This document shows, piece after piece, positions 28,328 through 39,087 of a stretch of 39,087 nt of DNA. A program made the translations under genes and the position numbers. The notes beneath the pieces were generated by a model, which was not told the origin of the DNA, made no database searches, and saw nothing but the letters and a program-made list of their open reading frames with translations. Positions within the stretch are counted from its first letter, which is position 1, and every line of letters begins with the position of its first letter. This stretch comes from Candidatus Flemingiibacterium sp. (GTDB lineage: Bacteria > Bacillota > Clostridia > Oscillospirales > CAG-272): assembly GCA_045649205.1 (NCBI GenBank), contig JAZRPJ010000110.1:1-39087 (forward strand), given 5' to 3'.

Positions 28328-29356
28328 ATGAAAAAAGTATTATCCCTTGTTCTCGCACTCATCATGATCGTAGCAGTATTCGCAAGCTGCGGTACCACTG
28401 ATGGAAAGACCATCGCTGTTGTTGCAAAGGGTGAGTCCCATGCATTCTGGCAGTCCGTAAAGGCAGGCGCTGAAGCTGCCGGCGAAAAGTACGGCTACAA
28501 GATCACCTTCCGCGGTCCTGCAAGCGAATCCGCAAAGGATCTTCCCTCTCAGATGGAAATGGTTCAGACCGCTATTTCCAACAATGCTAATGCAATCGTT
28601 CTTGCTACCATCGGTACAGGTTTCGTTGACCACCTCACCACCGCAAAGAACAACGGCACTCCCGTAGTTCAGTTCGACAGCGGTATCTGGGCAGACGACG
28701 TTGCAGCTCTCGACGCTGCAGACAAGAACCCCATCGTTGCATCCGTTGCGACAAGTAACCTTAAGGCAGCGGGCGTTGCGGCTGAACAGTTCTTCGCAGC
28801 TATCAAGGACGACATCGCAGCTTCCGCTGAAACATATGTTGTAGGCGTTATCCAGCACGACGAAACCCAGACCGGTATCGACAGAGCTAAGGGCTTCATC
28901 GACACCTTCAAGGCTCTCGCTGACGCTGACTCCGCTACCGCAGGCAAGTACTCCATCGCACACGAAGTAAAGCCCGGCGACGCTGACAACGCATACAAGG
29001 CAGCTCTTGAAGCTCTCTTCGAAAAGGGCGCATCCGCGATCTTCATGTCCAACGAGGGCGTTGTTAAGCAGGTTTACGACGCAATCGGTGCAGCAGGCGA
29101 CAAGTATGATGCAATCAAGTTCTGCGGCTTCGACGCAGGCTCCAAGCAGATCGAATGGATGAAGGCTACCACCGGTCCCAAGCTCATCGGTTCCGTTGCA
29201 CAGGACTCCTTCCAGATCGGTTACAACGCAGTTGAGCAGGCAGTATTTGCTCTCGAAGGCAAAGAAGTTACCGCTGACGTTGCTATCGCAGGTGCATGGT
29301 GGGATGCTACCAATGTTGACCAGATGATCGCAGACAACCTCGTTTACGAAGGTTAA
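28328..29356 (+). CDS. Monosaccharide ABC transporter substrate-binding lipoprotein (RbsB-type)
   Basis: AAAGGAG RBS; lipobox FASC; HAFWQSVKAGA, PVVQFDSG, CGFDAG and VAQDSFQIGY motifs. Confidence 0.92.
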   Translation: MKKVLSLVLALIMIVAVFASCGTTDGKTIAVVAKGESHAFWQSVKAGAEAAGEKYGYKITFRGPASESAKDLPSQMEMVQTAISNNANAIVLATIGTGFVDHLTTAKNNGTPVVQFDSGIWADDVAALDAADKNPIVASVATSNLKAAGVAAEQFFAAIKDDIAASAETYVVGVIQHDETQTGIDRAKGFIDTFKALADADSATAGKYSIAHEVKPGDADNAYKAALEALFEKGASAIFMSNEGVVKQVYDAIGAAGDKYDAIKFCGFDAGSKQIEWMKATTGPKLIGSVAQDSFQIGYNAVEQAVFALEGKEVTADVAIAGAWWDATNVDQMIADNLVYEG

Positions 29357-29374
29357 TAGGCTATAAACATAGGA

Positions 29375-29407
29375 GAGCCTCGGCATATATGTGCCGAGGC
29401 TCGTTTT
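29375..29407. terminator. Bidirectional terminator
   Basis: GAGCCTCGGCA-TATATG-TGCCGAGGCTC followed by GTTTT. Confidence 0.8.
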
Positions 29408-30209
29408 ATTCTATATGTTGGCGATTATTCTTTTTCGAAGGTGTTACGCCGAATTTATTCTTATAGGCATGACAGAAATAACTGGTATCGTCAAATCCGC
29501 ATTCTGCGGCAACCTCTTTCGTTTTAATAATTATTCCCGAATTCAGAAGAGTGTAGGCATAATTGAGCCGCAAATTCAGGATCTGCTCAAAAACGGTACA
29601 TCCGTATTTCTTTTTGAAATCGTGGCACAGCTTTGACACAGAGGTTTGATTTATCTCTGCGATCTCAGCAAGTGTGATTTTTTTAGAAAAGTTCTTCTCA
29701 ATATACAAAGCTGTTTTGTCAAGAGATGCCAATGCTTTTCCGTCAAACTGCTCAAAAAAGCTCGTATAGAAGGAATAGCACATTGAGGAAAGGCTGCTCT
29801 GACACTTTCTGTCATAATACTCGTCTATTATCTGCCGTATCATCGGAATATACTTTTCTATATTTACAGACTCCGCAAAGATAAAGGATCCGCAGCCGAA
29901 ATGCTCCAGCATCTCGGGCATCCCCTCACCGATCACCGTCAAAAACGCCGTGACAAGTCCCGCATCGTTAATATATTTTGAGGGAACGTTCATTGAAGTA
30001 AAAAACGCAGATCCTCTTTTAAGTTCATGGATCTCATTATCACAGTATACCCTACCTCGTCCCTCAAGAACCATCAGAATCTGATAAAAATCCTGACCGC
30101 CCGGCGGATATTCCGCCGTCGCCTGCTTAAAATAGGCACTGGCAGAGTGAAATACGATGGGCAGAGGCTTGAAATTTTCCGGAAAGATATTCAGTGTTAT
30201 TCTGTTCAT
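29406..30209 (-). CDS. AraC-family transcriptional regulator
   Basis: YIEKNFSKKITLAEIAE...KLCHDFKK...VAAECGFDDTSYFCHAYKNKFGVTP; divergent from the GH2 gene. Confidence 0.92.
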   Translation of the reverse strand: MNRITLNIFPENFKPLPIVFHSASAYFKQATAEYPPGGQDFYQILMVLEGRGRVYCDNEIHELKRGSAFFTSMNVPSKYINDAGLVTAFLTVIGEGMPEMLEHFGCGSFIFAESVNIEKYIPMIRQIIDEYYDRKCQSSLSSMCYSFYTSFFEQFDGKALASLDKTALYIEKNFSKKITLAEIAEINQTSVSKLCHDFKKKYGCTVFEQILNLRLNYAYTLLNSGIIIKTKEVAAECGFDDTSYFCHAYKNKFGVTPSKKNNRQHIE

Positions 30210-30220
30210 ATGCGCTCCTG

Positions 30221-30283
30221 CAAGATATTCATATAAAAATACAATATAATCATATTTACAAATGGCAGAAAATACTGTATAAT
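30221..30283 (+). promoter_or_regulatory. Candidate AraC tandem operator plus promoter of the beta-galactosidase gene
   Basis: CAAGATATTCATAT (30221) and CAATATAATCATAT (30242) lie 21 bp apart; the second abuts TTTACA-17 bp-TATAAT. Confidence 0.6.
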
Positions 30284-30322
30284 ATTATAAGAACAGTATA
30301 CCACAGAAATTCTTTAAAGTAA

Positions 30323-33205
<2,883 letters not shown>

Positions 33206-33217
33206 TAAATACGCAAA

Positions 33218-33249
33218 AGGCACGCGGAAATTTCCGCGTGCCTCGTTTT
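33218..33249. terminator. Bidirectional terminator
   Basis: AGGCACGCGGAAA|TTTCCGCGTGCCT perfect palindrome between convergent genes. Confidence 0.8.
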
Positions 33250-34658
33250 TACTCCTCAAATATAACCGTCATAGATTCGGGTATGCTGTAGAACTCCTTG
33301 AAATACGCCATTCGTTCCACGCCGCAGTTACGCCCCCACCAATATTTGTGTGGGTCTTTTTTCATAATTACGCTGTCCGCGCCCATCTCTATGGCGTCGG
33401 CAATCGCATCCGCCCTTGCCTCAGTGACAGCCCGTATCTGTAAATATATGCCGCTGTAAAATACGACGAGCAAACATAACACCACAGTAAGAATCACTAT
33501 TGCCGCCTTGCCGACTTTTTTAGAAGGTATGGGCAGTGAAGACAATCCCAGCGCTAAAAGGAATATGTAAGGCAGATAATAAAGCCTCGGTCCCAGCTCC
33601 GGCGTAACCGCCAGGGGAAAAAGCACCGCAGGAGCGGAAAAGAGGAAAAACAGCCGTTTTTTTCTCATGCCGCCGCCAATGGTGATAACCAAAATCAGAT
33701 GAAGTAAAATCAAACAAGCTGCCGTAACAGCGCGGTAAATTTCGCCGCCGTCAGTAAATATCACAACCAAAGATACCGCCGCAGTCGCAGCTGATGCCAA
33801 AACACGCCACAAGCTGCGTCTGGCAAAAAGCACCGCTGTCACAAGTGAAAAAGTCACAAATATTTCACCCATGGGATAGTCGAAATACAGTCCCGGCAAT
33901 ATACTGATAAAAAATCTTTTTAAAATCTGCACCGTCGCCCTGAAAATTCCGCCGTCTAAATCTACGCTGAGTGTGCGTATTCCATCAAGAGCCACGCCAT
34001 CCGTAAGGAGTACACCGTATATTGAACTGGAAAACATTATAGCGCATCCGATAAGCATCCCCACGGTCATAGCAAGGTGAAGCCCACCAAAACGGCGTAC
34101 GGTGATCAACCGGCATACTGTAACCCCCACAGCGACTACAGCCGCCCATACAGCCAAATTCTCGTGAAACAGCCCTACAGCCACAGTCAGCGGCAAACAC
34201 ACCATGGGAAGCCATTTATGCCGTCTGCGTGACGGATCAAAAGCAATAATCAAAATGAGCACCACAGGCACGGCAATAACATAATTTGCAAAAGCGGAAA
34301 CCCAGCCGTACGTCTGCTGCCACATAAGCTTCGGTATAAACAAAATCAGAATATTGGCTAAAAGATAGCTCCGCAGACTCCTTTCGCTGTCAGAAACCTT
34401 CACGAGCAGGTGCGGAATCATGAACATGGTCAGCGCAATAAAAAGCGTTTTGAGTATCTCGCTTCTTGTCATAACGATAACGAAAAAGCTGCCCACATAT
34501 CGGCTGTTAAGAGTCGCGTTAAGCCACCTCTCAAGTCCGATGTCAAGTCCCCAATCCCAGTCATCGTGGCAATACGGAACGCAGAATGCAATGAAAAGAT
34601 AAAAAATCAGCATCAATACCGATATCGCAAGGTATAATTTTCTCGTCTTTTTCGCCAC
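33249..34658 (-). CDS. DUF6056-like polytopic membrane protein (possible GT-C/GtrII-like glycosyltransferase)
   Basis: GTG start after AGGAGGG; PYCHDDW, N.RYVG, WVSAFANY and HEN motifs; many TM segments. Confidence 0.65.
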   Translation of the reverse strand: MAKKTRKLYLAISVLMLIFYLFIAFCVPYCHDDWDWGLDIGLERWLNATLNSRYVGSFFVIVMTRSEILKTLFIALTMFMIPHLLVKVSDSERSLRSYLLANILILFIPKLMWQQTYGWVSAFANYVIAVPVVLILIIAFDPSRRRHKWLPMVCLPLTVAVGLFHENLAVWAAVVAVGVTVCRLITVRRFGGLHLAMTVGMLIGCAIMFSSSIYGVLLTDGVALDGIRTLSVDLDGGIFRATVQILKRFFISILPGLYFDYPMGEIFVTFSLVTAVLFARRSLWRVLASAATAAVSLVVIFTDGGEIYRAVTAACLILLHLILVITIGGGMRKKRLFFLFSAPAVLFPLAVTPELGPRLYYLPYIFLLALGLSSLPIPSKKVGKAAIVILTVVLCLLVVFYSGIYLQIRAVTEARADAIADAIEMGADSVIMKKDPHKYWWGRNCGVERMAYFKEFYSIPESMTVIFEE

Positions 34659-34681
34659 GGTAACCCTCCTATCCGCAGAAT

Positions 34682-34708
34682 AAAAAAACCACGCTCATAG
34701 CGTGGTTT
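34682..34708 (-). terminator. tRNA terminator
   Basis: AAACCACGCT-CAT-AGCGTGGTTT with an A-tract (U-tract on the minus strand). Confidence 0.8.
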
Positions 34709-34709
34709 C

Positions 34710-34783
<74 letters not shown>

Positions 34784-34800
34784 ATATTCAGTACTTATAT

Positions 34801-34829
34801 ATGATACCACAAAACTGCGGCTTTGTCAA
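34801..34829 (-). promoter_or_regulatory. sigma-A promoter of tRNA-Gly
   Basis: Minus strand TTGACA-17 bp-TATCAT with TG extension. Confidence 0.75.
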
Positions 34830-34912
34830 GAGTTTTCGTAAAAATACTTGAATTTTTTTTGTAGTTGTGATATTATGGTAGTAATAATAATTTTAAATCC
34901 ATAGGAGCACCT

Positions 34913-35872
34913 ATGCCAAATCAAACCGAAACAAATCCTTTCCCTTACAGCGATTCAAATAAACGCTATTATTCATACGACTACTTTTTAAGACAAAAAT
35001 TCGGATCAAAATGTGCAAAGCTGACCATCGACGGCGGCTTCACCTGTCCCAACCGTGACGGCAAGGTTGGACTTGGCGGATGCATATACTGTTCTGTCCG
35101 AGGCTCGGGGGATTTCTGTACTGACAGCGAAGTGCCAATAAAAGAACAGCTTGAAATTTCATACAGAAAGTTATCCGAGAAATGGGAAAGCCCTTTATGT
35201 ATCGCCTATTTTCAGGCATTTACCAATACTTATGCTCCGGTGGATGTGCTTCGTCGGAAGTACGAGGAAGCGCTCACCTTCCCCGGTGTTGTGGGATTAA
35301 GCATCGCCACGCGTGCCGACTGCCTGCCGGATGACGTCTGCGAATATCTCGCCGAGCTTTCAGAGAGAACCTTTCTTACGGTGGAGCTTGGTCTGCAAAC
35401 CGTCCACGATAAGACGGCAAAGCTCATAAACCGAGGGCACAGCTTCAGCGATTTTGTAAACGGCTATGAAAAGCTCCGCCGTGCTTCCGAGAAGATAAAC
35501 ATCTGCATCCATCTTATAAACGGTCTTCCCCACGAGGATGCAGACATGATGATAGAATCCGCAAAAACGGTGGCTGCCCTACGCCCCGAGCAGCTGAAGC
35601 TTCATCTTCTCCATGTAATTTCAGGTACACCTCTTTCCGAAATGTACAAGCGAGGGGAGTTTGAGTGTATGACCCTTGAAGAATATGCGGACATTGTAGT
35701 GCGTCAGCTTGAATTATTGCCGCCAAAAACGGTCATCGGCAGGCTTACCGGTGACGGCATGGCTGAAAGTCTGATTGCGCCCTTGTGGAGCAGAAAAAAA
35801 TTAGTTGTCATGAACACTGTCGATAAGCTGCAATATCAACGAAACACATATCAGGGCAAAGCTTTTTGTTAA
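34913..35872 (+). CDS. TIGR01212-family radical SAM protein (YhcC/YtqA-like)
   Basis: GFTCPNRDGKVGLGGCIYC, AYFQAFTNTY, VELGLQT, HLINGLP, KLHLLH and RLTGD motifs. Confidence 0.92.
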   Translation: MPNQTETNPFPYSDSNKRYYSYDYFLRQKFGSKCAKLTIDGGFTCPNRDGKVGLGGCIYCSVRGSGDFCTDSEVPIKEQLEISYRKLSEKWESPLCIAYFQAFTNTYAPVDVLRRKYEEALTFPGVVGLSIATRADCLPDDVCEYLAELSERTFLTVELGLQTVHDKTAKLINRGHSFSDFVNGYEKLRRASEKINICIHLINGLPHEDADMMIESAKTVAALRPEQLKLHLLHVISGTPLSEMYKRGEFECMTLEEYADIVVRQLELLPPKTVIGRLTGDGMAESLIAPLWSRKKLVVMNTVDKLQYQRNTYQGKAFC

Positions 35873-35934
35873 AACTGCACAATTTTTACACTTTGATTTC
35901 TCCATGCCGGTGTGAATAATTTTGCTAAAACTAC

Positions 35935-35963
35935 TTGAAAAATCCTTTTGCATATTGTATAAT
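35935..35963 (+). promoter_or_regulatory. sigma-A promoter of the EF-G paralogue
   Basis: TTGAAA-17 bp-TATAAT. Confidence 0.7.
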
Positions 35964-36095
35964 AGAAGGTGTAATAAGTTACTTGATATTATGATTTATG
36001 ACCAAACCATTAATTGTGATGCCATATAACTTAGTCTGCGGCAAGCGGACGGTACATTCCCATAATTTACAATATAAGAAAAGGAGCAAATTCAC

Positions 36096-38168
36096 ATGGA
36101 CAAAATCAACACCAAAAGTATTCGTAACGTCTGCCTTTTAGGCCACGGTGGCAGCGGAAAGACTTCTATTTGCGAAGCTATGCTGTACCTTGCGAAGGAA
36201 ACCGAGCGTCTCGGCAAAACTCCTGAGGGAAACACCGTAAGTGATTATGACCCCGAAGAAATTCGCAGAGGTTTTTCGCTTTCAACCACCGTTGAGCCGT
36301 TTTTATGGAAAGACAGTAAGATAAATATTATAGATACCCCCGGTTACCTCGATTTCACAGGCGAAGTTCTTGAAGGTATGCGAGTTGCCGACAGCGCACT
36401 GATCCTCGTTGACGGCAGAAACGGTATCGAAGTAGGAACAGAGCTTGCGTGGGATATGGCAACTACTGCCGGCATTCCCAAGGCATTCTTCATTAACCGC
36501 TTTGACGACGGTGAAGCAAGGTTCAAGAGAGTTTTCGATTCTCTGCGCGAAAAGTTCGGAGTTGCCGTTTGTCCCCTTCTCATCCCGATGATTGAGGGCG
36601 ACAAGGTTATCGGCTTCCTTAACCTCATCGACATGAAGGCCGAGGTTTACGACAAGACCGGTGCAAATATGGAATCGGAAATACCCGAGGAATTCAAAGC
36701 TATCGCCGAAGAATACCGCAATATGCTTTACGAATCCATCGCCGAAACCAGCGAAGAGCTGATGGATAAATTCTTCGCAGGCGAAACCATAACCTATAAC
36801 GAAGCTATCAACGCCGTTCACGACGGAATCATCAGCGGCGGCATCGTACCCGTATTCTGCGGCTCTGCTACAAAGATGTGGGGTGTTACCGAGGTTATGG
36901 ATACCATCGCTCACTCCTTCCCCCGTCCGACCGCAAGAAAGGTTGAGATAACCGTAACTGCGGACGGCGAAGGCGAAATTGAAATCAGCCCCGACGGTGA
37001 AACCTCCATCTTCGTATTCAAGACCGTTGCCGACCCCTTCGTAGGTAAGATGTCCTACTTCAAGGTTATGAACGGAAATCTCATGCGCGACATGACACTC
37101 CGCAACACAACCACCGGCAACGACGAAAAGCTTGCACGTATTTACACCATTCGCGGCAAAAAGCAGACCGAAGTTGACTTCCTCTGCTGCGGTGATATCG
37201 GTATGACTGCAAAGCTCGGCACAGTAAACACCGGCGACACTCTTACCGCATCCGCTAAGGACATCAAGTATAAGGGAATCGCATTCCCCGAGCCTTTCCT
37301 TACCCAGGCAATCAAGCCCCTATCCAAGGGCGACGAGGATAAGATTTCCTCCGGTATCGCAAAGCTTCTCGAAGAAGACCTTACCACCCGCTATGAGAAC
37401 GATGCATCCACAAAGCAGCTTCTCATCTCCGGTATCGGCGACATTCACCTCGACGTGCTTGTTGCGAAATTAAAGAACCGTTTCGGAACATCGGTTGTCC
37501 TTGAAAAGCCCAAGATTGCTTACCGCGAAACCATCAAGAAGACTGTGGAAGCAGAAGGTAAACACAAGAAGCAGTCCGGCGGTCACGGTCAGTACGGTCA
37601 CGTTAAGATCAAGTTTGCTCCCGGTGAGGGTGACGGACTTACCTTTACCGAAAGCGTTGTAGGCGGCGCAGTACCCAAGGGCTTCTTCCCTGCAGTTGAA
37701 AAAGGACTTCTTGAAGCAATGCAGAAGGGCGTGCTTGCCGGCTATCCCGTAGTCGGACTTGCAGCTGACCTCTACGACGGTTCTTATCACGATGTAGACT
37801 CCTCGGAAATGTCCTTCAAGATGGCGGCGAATTTAGCATATAAGTCTGGTCTTGCAGCGGCAAATCCCGTGCTCCTCGAACCGGTGGGCGCACTTAACTG
37901 CACCGTACCCGACAATATGGTGGGTGACGTAATCGGCGATCTCAACAAGCGTCGCGGCAGAGTCCTCGGCATGGAAGCAACCCACGGCAAGAAGGGCTAC
38001 ACCACCATCCAGGCGGAAGCTCCCAAGGCTGAAATGATGGATTACCCCATCGCCCTCCGTGCTACCACCCAGGGACGCGGAAGCTTCACCTTCTACTTCG
38101 AAAGATACGAAGAAGTTCCCGCAAACATCGCGCAGAAGATTATCGCTGATGCGGCGAAGGAACAATAA
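36096..38168 (+). CDS. fusA2: Elongation factor G-like protein (EF-G2 type paralogue)
   Basis: GHGGSGKT, DTPGYLDF, KKQSGGHGQYG, GSYHDVDSSEMSF and LLEPV motifs; stand-alone rather than in the rpsL-rpsG-fusA-tuf operon. Confidence 0.9.
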   Translation: MDKINTKSIRNVCLLGHGGSGKTSICEAMLYLAKETERLGKTPEGNTVSDYDPEEIRRGFSLSTTVEPFLWKDSKINIIDTPGYLDFTGEVLEGMRVADSALILVDGRNGIEVGTELAWDMATTAGIPKAFFINRFDDGEARFKRVFDSLREKFGVAVCPLLIPMIEGDKVIGFLNLIDMKAEVYDKTGANMESEIPEEFKAIAEEYRNMLYESIAETSEELMDKFFAGETITYNEAINAVHDGIISGGIVPVFCGSATKMWGVTEVMDTIAHSFPRPTARKVEITVTADGEGEIEISPDGETSIFVFKTVADPFVGKMSYFKVMNGNLMRDMTLRNTTTGNDEKLARIYTIRGKKQTEVDFLCCGDIGMTAKLGTVNTGDTLTASAKDIKYKGIAFPEPFLTQAIKPLSKGDEDKISSGIAKLLEEDLTTRYENDASTKQLLISGIGDIHLDVLVAKLKNRFGTSVVLEKPKIAYRETIKKTVEAEGKHKKQSGGHGQYGHVKIKFAPGEGDGLTFTESVVGGAVPKGFFPAVEKGLLEAMQKGVLAGYPVVGLAADLYDGSYHDVDSSEMSFKMAANLAYKSGLAAANPVLLEPVGALNCTVPDNMVGDVIGDLNKRRGRVLGMEATHGKKGYTTIQAEAPKAEMMDYPIALRATTQGRGSFTFYFERYEEVPANIAQKIIADAAKEQ

Positions 38169-38181
38169 GATATAATATCAA

Positions 38182-38215
38182 CACAACCGCCGGCTTCATT
38201 AAACCGGTGGTTGTG
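38182..38215 (+). terminator. Hairpin after the EF-G-like gene
   Basis: CACAACCGCCGG...CCGGTGGTTGTG. Confidence 0.6.
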
Positions 38216-38223
38216 CTTACGAC

Positions 38224-38252
38224 TTGACAAGAACCCGGAAGTATGCTATACT
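38224..38252 (+). promoter_or_regulatory. sigma-A promoter
   Basis: TTGACA-17 bp-TATACT with TG extension. Confidence 0.75.
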
Positions 38253-38304
38253 TATGGCAATTGAATGAGAAAGCCATAATTATACATAAAGGAGAGCAAT
38301 ACCT

Positions 38305-38823
38305 ATGGCTAAAAAAATCATATCACGAATTGGCATAGTGCTGGTTATATGCATCGCACTTGTAGTTCTGTTTTATTTTGCAGCTTTCGTATGGAATCTT
38401 GTTTGCTATCATGTAGGATTCCCATTCAACACAGTTCTTTTGCCCGGATGGAAGCGTGTGCAATTTGATAATGTGGGAACGCTTGATATACCATTTAACT
38501 GGGAATATGTCAGCGATGGCGAAAGTTCGGTAATTGTTGATAAAAGCGGTGCTCCGATTTTCACAGAATTTCTTTCAAAAACAGCTTATATAGATGGTAA
38601 TGAGGTCGTTTTGGAAGAAATTATTTCAGGGGAAATATTATCAAACAGTGCATATATTGCTAAATATTCAACAACAAATGATGATTATGAATTTGTGTAC
38701 TGTATTACTTTGGATAATTACCCTGATGGAGGAGTTGATTTAGCACTTTGCGACGAGAGTATTGATTATAAAACGCTAAAATGGATAGCTTGTACATTTT
38801 GTCAAGAGTATCCACTAAATTAG
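38305..38823 (+). CDS. Hypothetical protein with N-terminal membrane anchor
   Basis: AAAGGAG RBS, own promoter and terminator; hydrophobic N-terminus; family not recognised. Confidence 0.7.
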   Translation: MAKKIISRIGIVLVICIALVVLFYFAAFVWNLVCYHVGFPFNTVLLPGWKRVQFDNVGTLDIPFNWEYVSDGESSVIVDKSGAPIFTEFLSKTAYIDGNEVVLEEIISGEILSNSAYIAKYSTTNDDYEFVYCITLDNYPDGGVDLALCDESIDYKTLKWIACTFCQEYPLN

Positions 38824-38857
38824 TTATACAACTTATAGCACTTCCCCATTGGCATAA

Positions 38858-38895
38858 AAAAGCTCACCGATTCTATAACCAACCGGTGAGCTTTT
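38858..38895 (+). terminator. Terminator hairpin
   Basis: AAAAGCTCACCGATT...AACCGGTGAGCTTTT. Confidence 0.7.
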
Positions 38896-38946
38896 GTTTG
38901 CAGTGTAAACGTCTTACAGTGGGCGTTCCCCTTATTCTTTGTAAAT

Positions 38947-38984
38947 AAAAAACTCGATGTAAAATCAAATCACATCGAGTTTTT
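38947..38984 (-). terminator. Terminator of the incoming minus-strand gene
   Basis: AAAAACTCGATGT...ACATCGAGTTTTT. Confidence 0.65.
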
Positions 38985-39087
38985 AATTTTTATTCTTCTT
39001 TTCAGAGGGGGGATAGGTGACGCCCTTTCCTTTGTTGGGGCGTCTGAATGAGAGAATAATATCTATCGCAAAAGCAATACACATTAT
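38983..39087 (-). CDS. 3' end of a membrane protein, possibly putative ABC transporter type IV / CmpB-like family
   Basis: Open frame from the window edge: IMCIAFAIDIILSFRRPNKGKGVTYPPSEKKNKN*. The D...S...PN.GKG.T ending is recalled from that family. Confidence 0.45.
   Translation of the reverse strand: MMCIAFAIDIILSFRRPNKGKGVTYPPSEKKNKN

Overview
A ~39 kb chromosomal window that looks like an anaerobic Bacillota (Clostridia-like) genome, judging by TTGACA-17-TATAAT promoters, AGGAGG RBSs and lipoprotein solute-binding proteins. It is mostly nutrient uptake and glycan metabolism. In order: the 3' part of an extremely CxxC-rich membrane-anchored protein; a TAXI-TRAP transporter; a ceramidase-like hydrolase; a PHP / unknown glycosidase / decayed GH29 fucosidase operon; a cysteine desulfidase; a deletion scar joining a truncated GH38 mannosidase to a truncated AraC gene; XRE and DUF2500 genes; a B3-like metallo-hydrolase; an oppBCDFA peptide ABC operon; fucU; two AraC-linked sugar loci (ABC importer, GH2 beta-galactosidase); a DUF6056-like membrane protein; tRNA-Gly(TCC); a TIGR01212 radical SAM gene; and an EF-G paralogue. 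The most striking signal is in the opp operon. The OppA lipoprotein appears circularly permuted: its canonical C-terminal third precedes its canonical N-terminus. The partner permease OppC carries a ~115-aa insertion resembling a degenerate parvulin (PrsA/PpiC-type) domain. I found no CRISPR array, integrase, transposase or prophage gene. All family assignments are from motif recognition by eye, not database searches.
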